A stretch of 20,000 nt of DNA, from the sequence record DRR723986_1848. The stretch is one strand, 5' to 3'. Shown here in pieces: positions 19,701 through 20,000 of this stretch; position 1 is the first letter of the stretch; every line of letters begins with the position of its first letter. The translations under genes were made by a program, and so were the position numbers. The notes beneath the pieces are model-generated. The model worked only from the letters and a program-made list of their open reading frames with translations, searched no databases and was not told the origin of the DNA.

Positions 19701-19967
19701 AACCCCAATGACAACGCCGATTCCTTGAACTCGCTCGAGCTTGCGCGTGCTACTGAAGAAGAAAAACAAAGCCAGTTGAAACGCTTGGCCGAATTCCAGC
19801 AAAAGCATGCCGCCGAAAGCGGGCCAATGCTGGAGCGTCTGAAGCAGACTGCCATGGACGGCGGCAACGTGTTTGAGGTGCTGGTGGATGCTGTTCGAGT
19901 GTGTTCACTTGGCCAGATTACTCAAGCGCTGTTCGAAGTGGGTGGAAAGTACCGCAGGTCGATGTAA
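16665..19967 (+). CDS. icmF: Fused isobutyryl-CoA mutase / MeaI GTPase chaperone (IcmF)
   Basis: B12-binding FDGHDAAIN, P-loop GTGGAGKS, GALLGDRIR, NKFD, and mutase motifs RMFAG, RLSTAFD, SISGYH and SLHTN. ATG 16665 has GGAG at 16655-16658. Confidence 0.95.
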   Translation: MKSSTGEVGKPLTDTKGTPLRFVTGSSLFDGHDAAINMIRRLLQSQGAEVIHLGHNRSVQELVDAAIQEDADGLAVSSYQGGHNEFFKYMVDELKAQNAGHIQVFGGGGGVILPAEIEALQAYGVNRIYSPQDGQKMGLEGMIGDMIARAAQVRDARKKIDTACTPQSIKALANDWPLLTQLITRLERDEVPAADLEVIREQAKASKTPVLGITGTGGAGKSSLTDELIRRLRMDHGDDLTIGVVCVDPSRRKTGGALLGDRIRMNAIGPWAGNGPKVFMRSLATRDSAQEVPATLPDIIALCRATGFDVVLIETPGIGQGDAAIVPHVDFSLYVMTPEYGAASQLEKIDMLDFADFVAVNKFDRKGALDALRDVCKQVQRNRMAFTSMPDTMPVYGTLASRFNDDGVSALYKALRAALPIAKPSKGLFNSIDTKHSTTLKAVVPSERVRYLAEIAQAVRSYKAQVQKDVAAVYDLECMQRAQALLLEHKPDKTKAVEALDDIVELTNTRISMAAQKAMKDYSKLTEGYQGDTLTYEVRGKALQAPLTVTSLSGLKINRVSLPKFTSRADLLKFVMLENLPGYFPFTAGVFPVKREGEDPTRMFAGEGDPARTNRRFKMLSSASDAKRLSTAFDSVTLYGFDPDLRPDIYGKVGTSGVSVATLDDMKVLYSGFDLCAPSTSVSMTINGPAPSILAMFLNTAIDQQVDLFTAKNKRAPNADEYANIKASTLKAVRGTVQADILKEDQGQNTCIFSTEFSLRVMGDIQQYFIDHEVRNFYSVSISGYHIAEAGANPISQLAFTLSNGFTFVEAYLARGMKIDDFAPNLSFFFSNGMDPEYTVLGRVARRIWAIAMRDKYGASDRSQKLKYHIQTSGRSLHAQEIAFNDIRTTLQALIAVYDNCNSLHTNAYDEAVTTPTEESVRRAMAIQLIINKEWGLAKNENSSQGAFIIEELTELVEEAVLAELDRISERGGVLGAMETGYQRSKIQEESMHYEIQKHDGTLPIVGVNTFTNPNDNADSLNSLELARATEEEKQSQLKRLAEFQQKHAAESGPMLERLKQTAMDGGNVFEVLVDAVRVCSLGQITQALFEVGGKYRRSM

Positions 19968-20000
19968 AGTGCTGCTGTTTATTGCTCAACTCGGCGTGGG

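Noticed and set aside
9929-19867. Numerous short antisense or alternative-frame ORFs over gsh, pts, met and icmF genes
   Set aside because: They overlap well-supported genes in GC-rich DNA and have no recognisable motifs.

Overview
The window has two parts. Bases 1-5556 are visibly AT-richer and look like the cargo-bearing end of a Tn7-like (Tn6022/AbaR-type) transposon inserted in comM. comM homology stops exactly at a TGT terminus followed by two 12-bp repeats, flanked by a 5-mer (TCCGC) resembling the AbaR target duplication. The cargo is an overlapping two-gene module, a MORC/MutL-like GHKL ATPase fused to a histidine kinase plus a large atypical receiver-domain protein with an unexplained TPACD-motif domain. 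This is a candidate phosphorelay-controlled defence system. It is followed by two divergent antitoxin-type genes (Xre/MbcA-like and HTH-DUF433) with no adjacent toxins. Bases 5557-20000 are ordinary Betaproteobacteria-like (probably Burkholderiales, by inference) backbone: truncated comM, ubiK, an NtrC/sigma54-controlled porin-glnK-amtB cluster, gshA-gshB-EIIA-ptsH-ptsI, metX-metW, a DUF4212-like membrane protein and icmF. All family calls come from motifs read by eye, not database searches.
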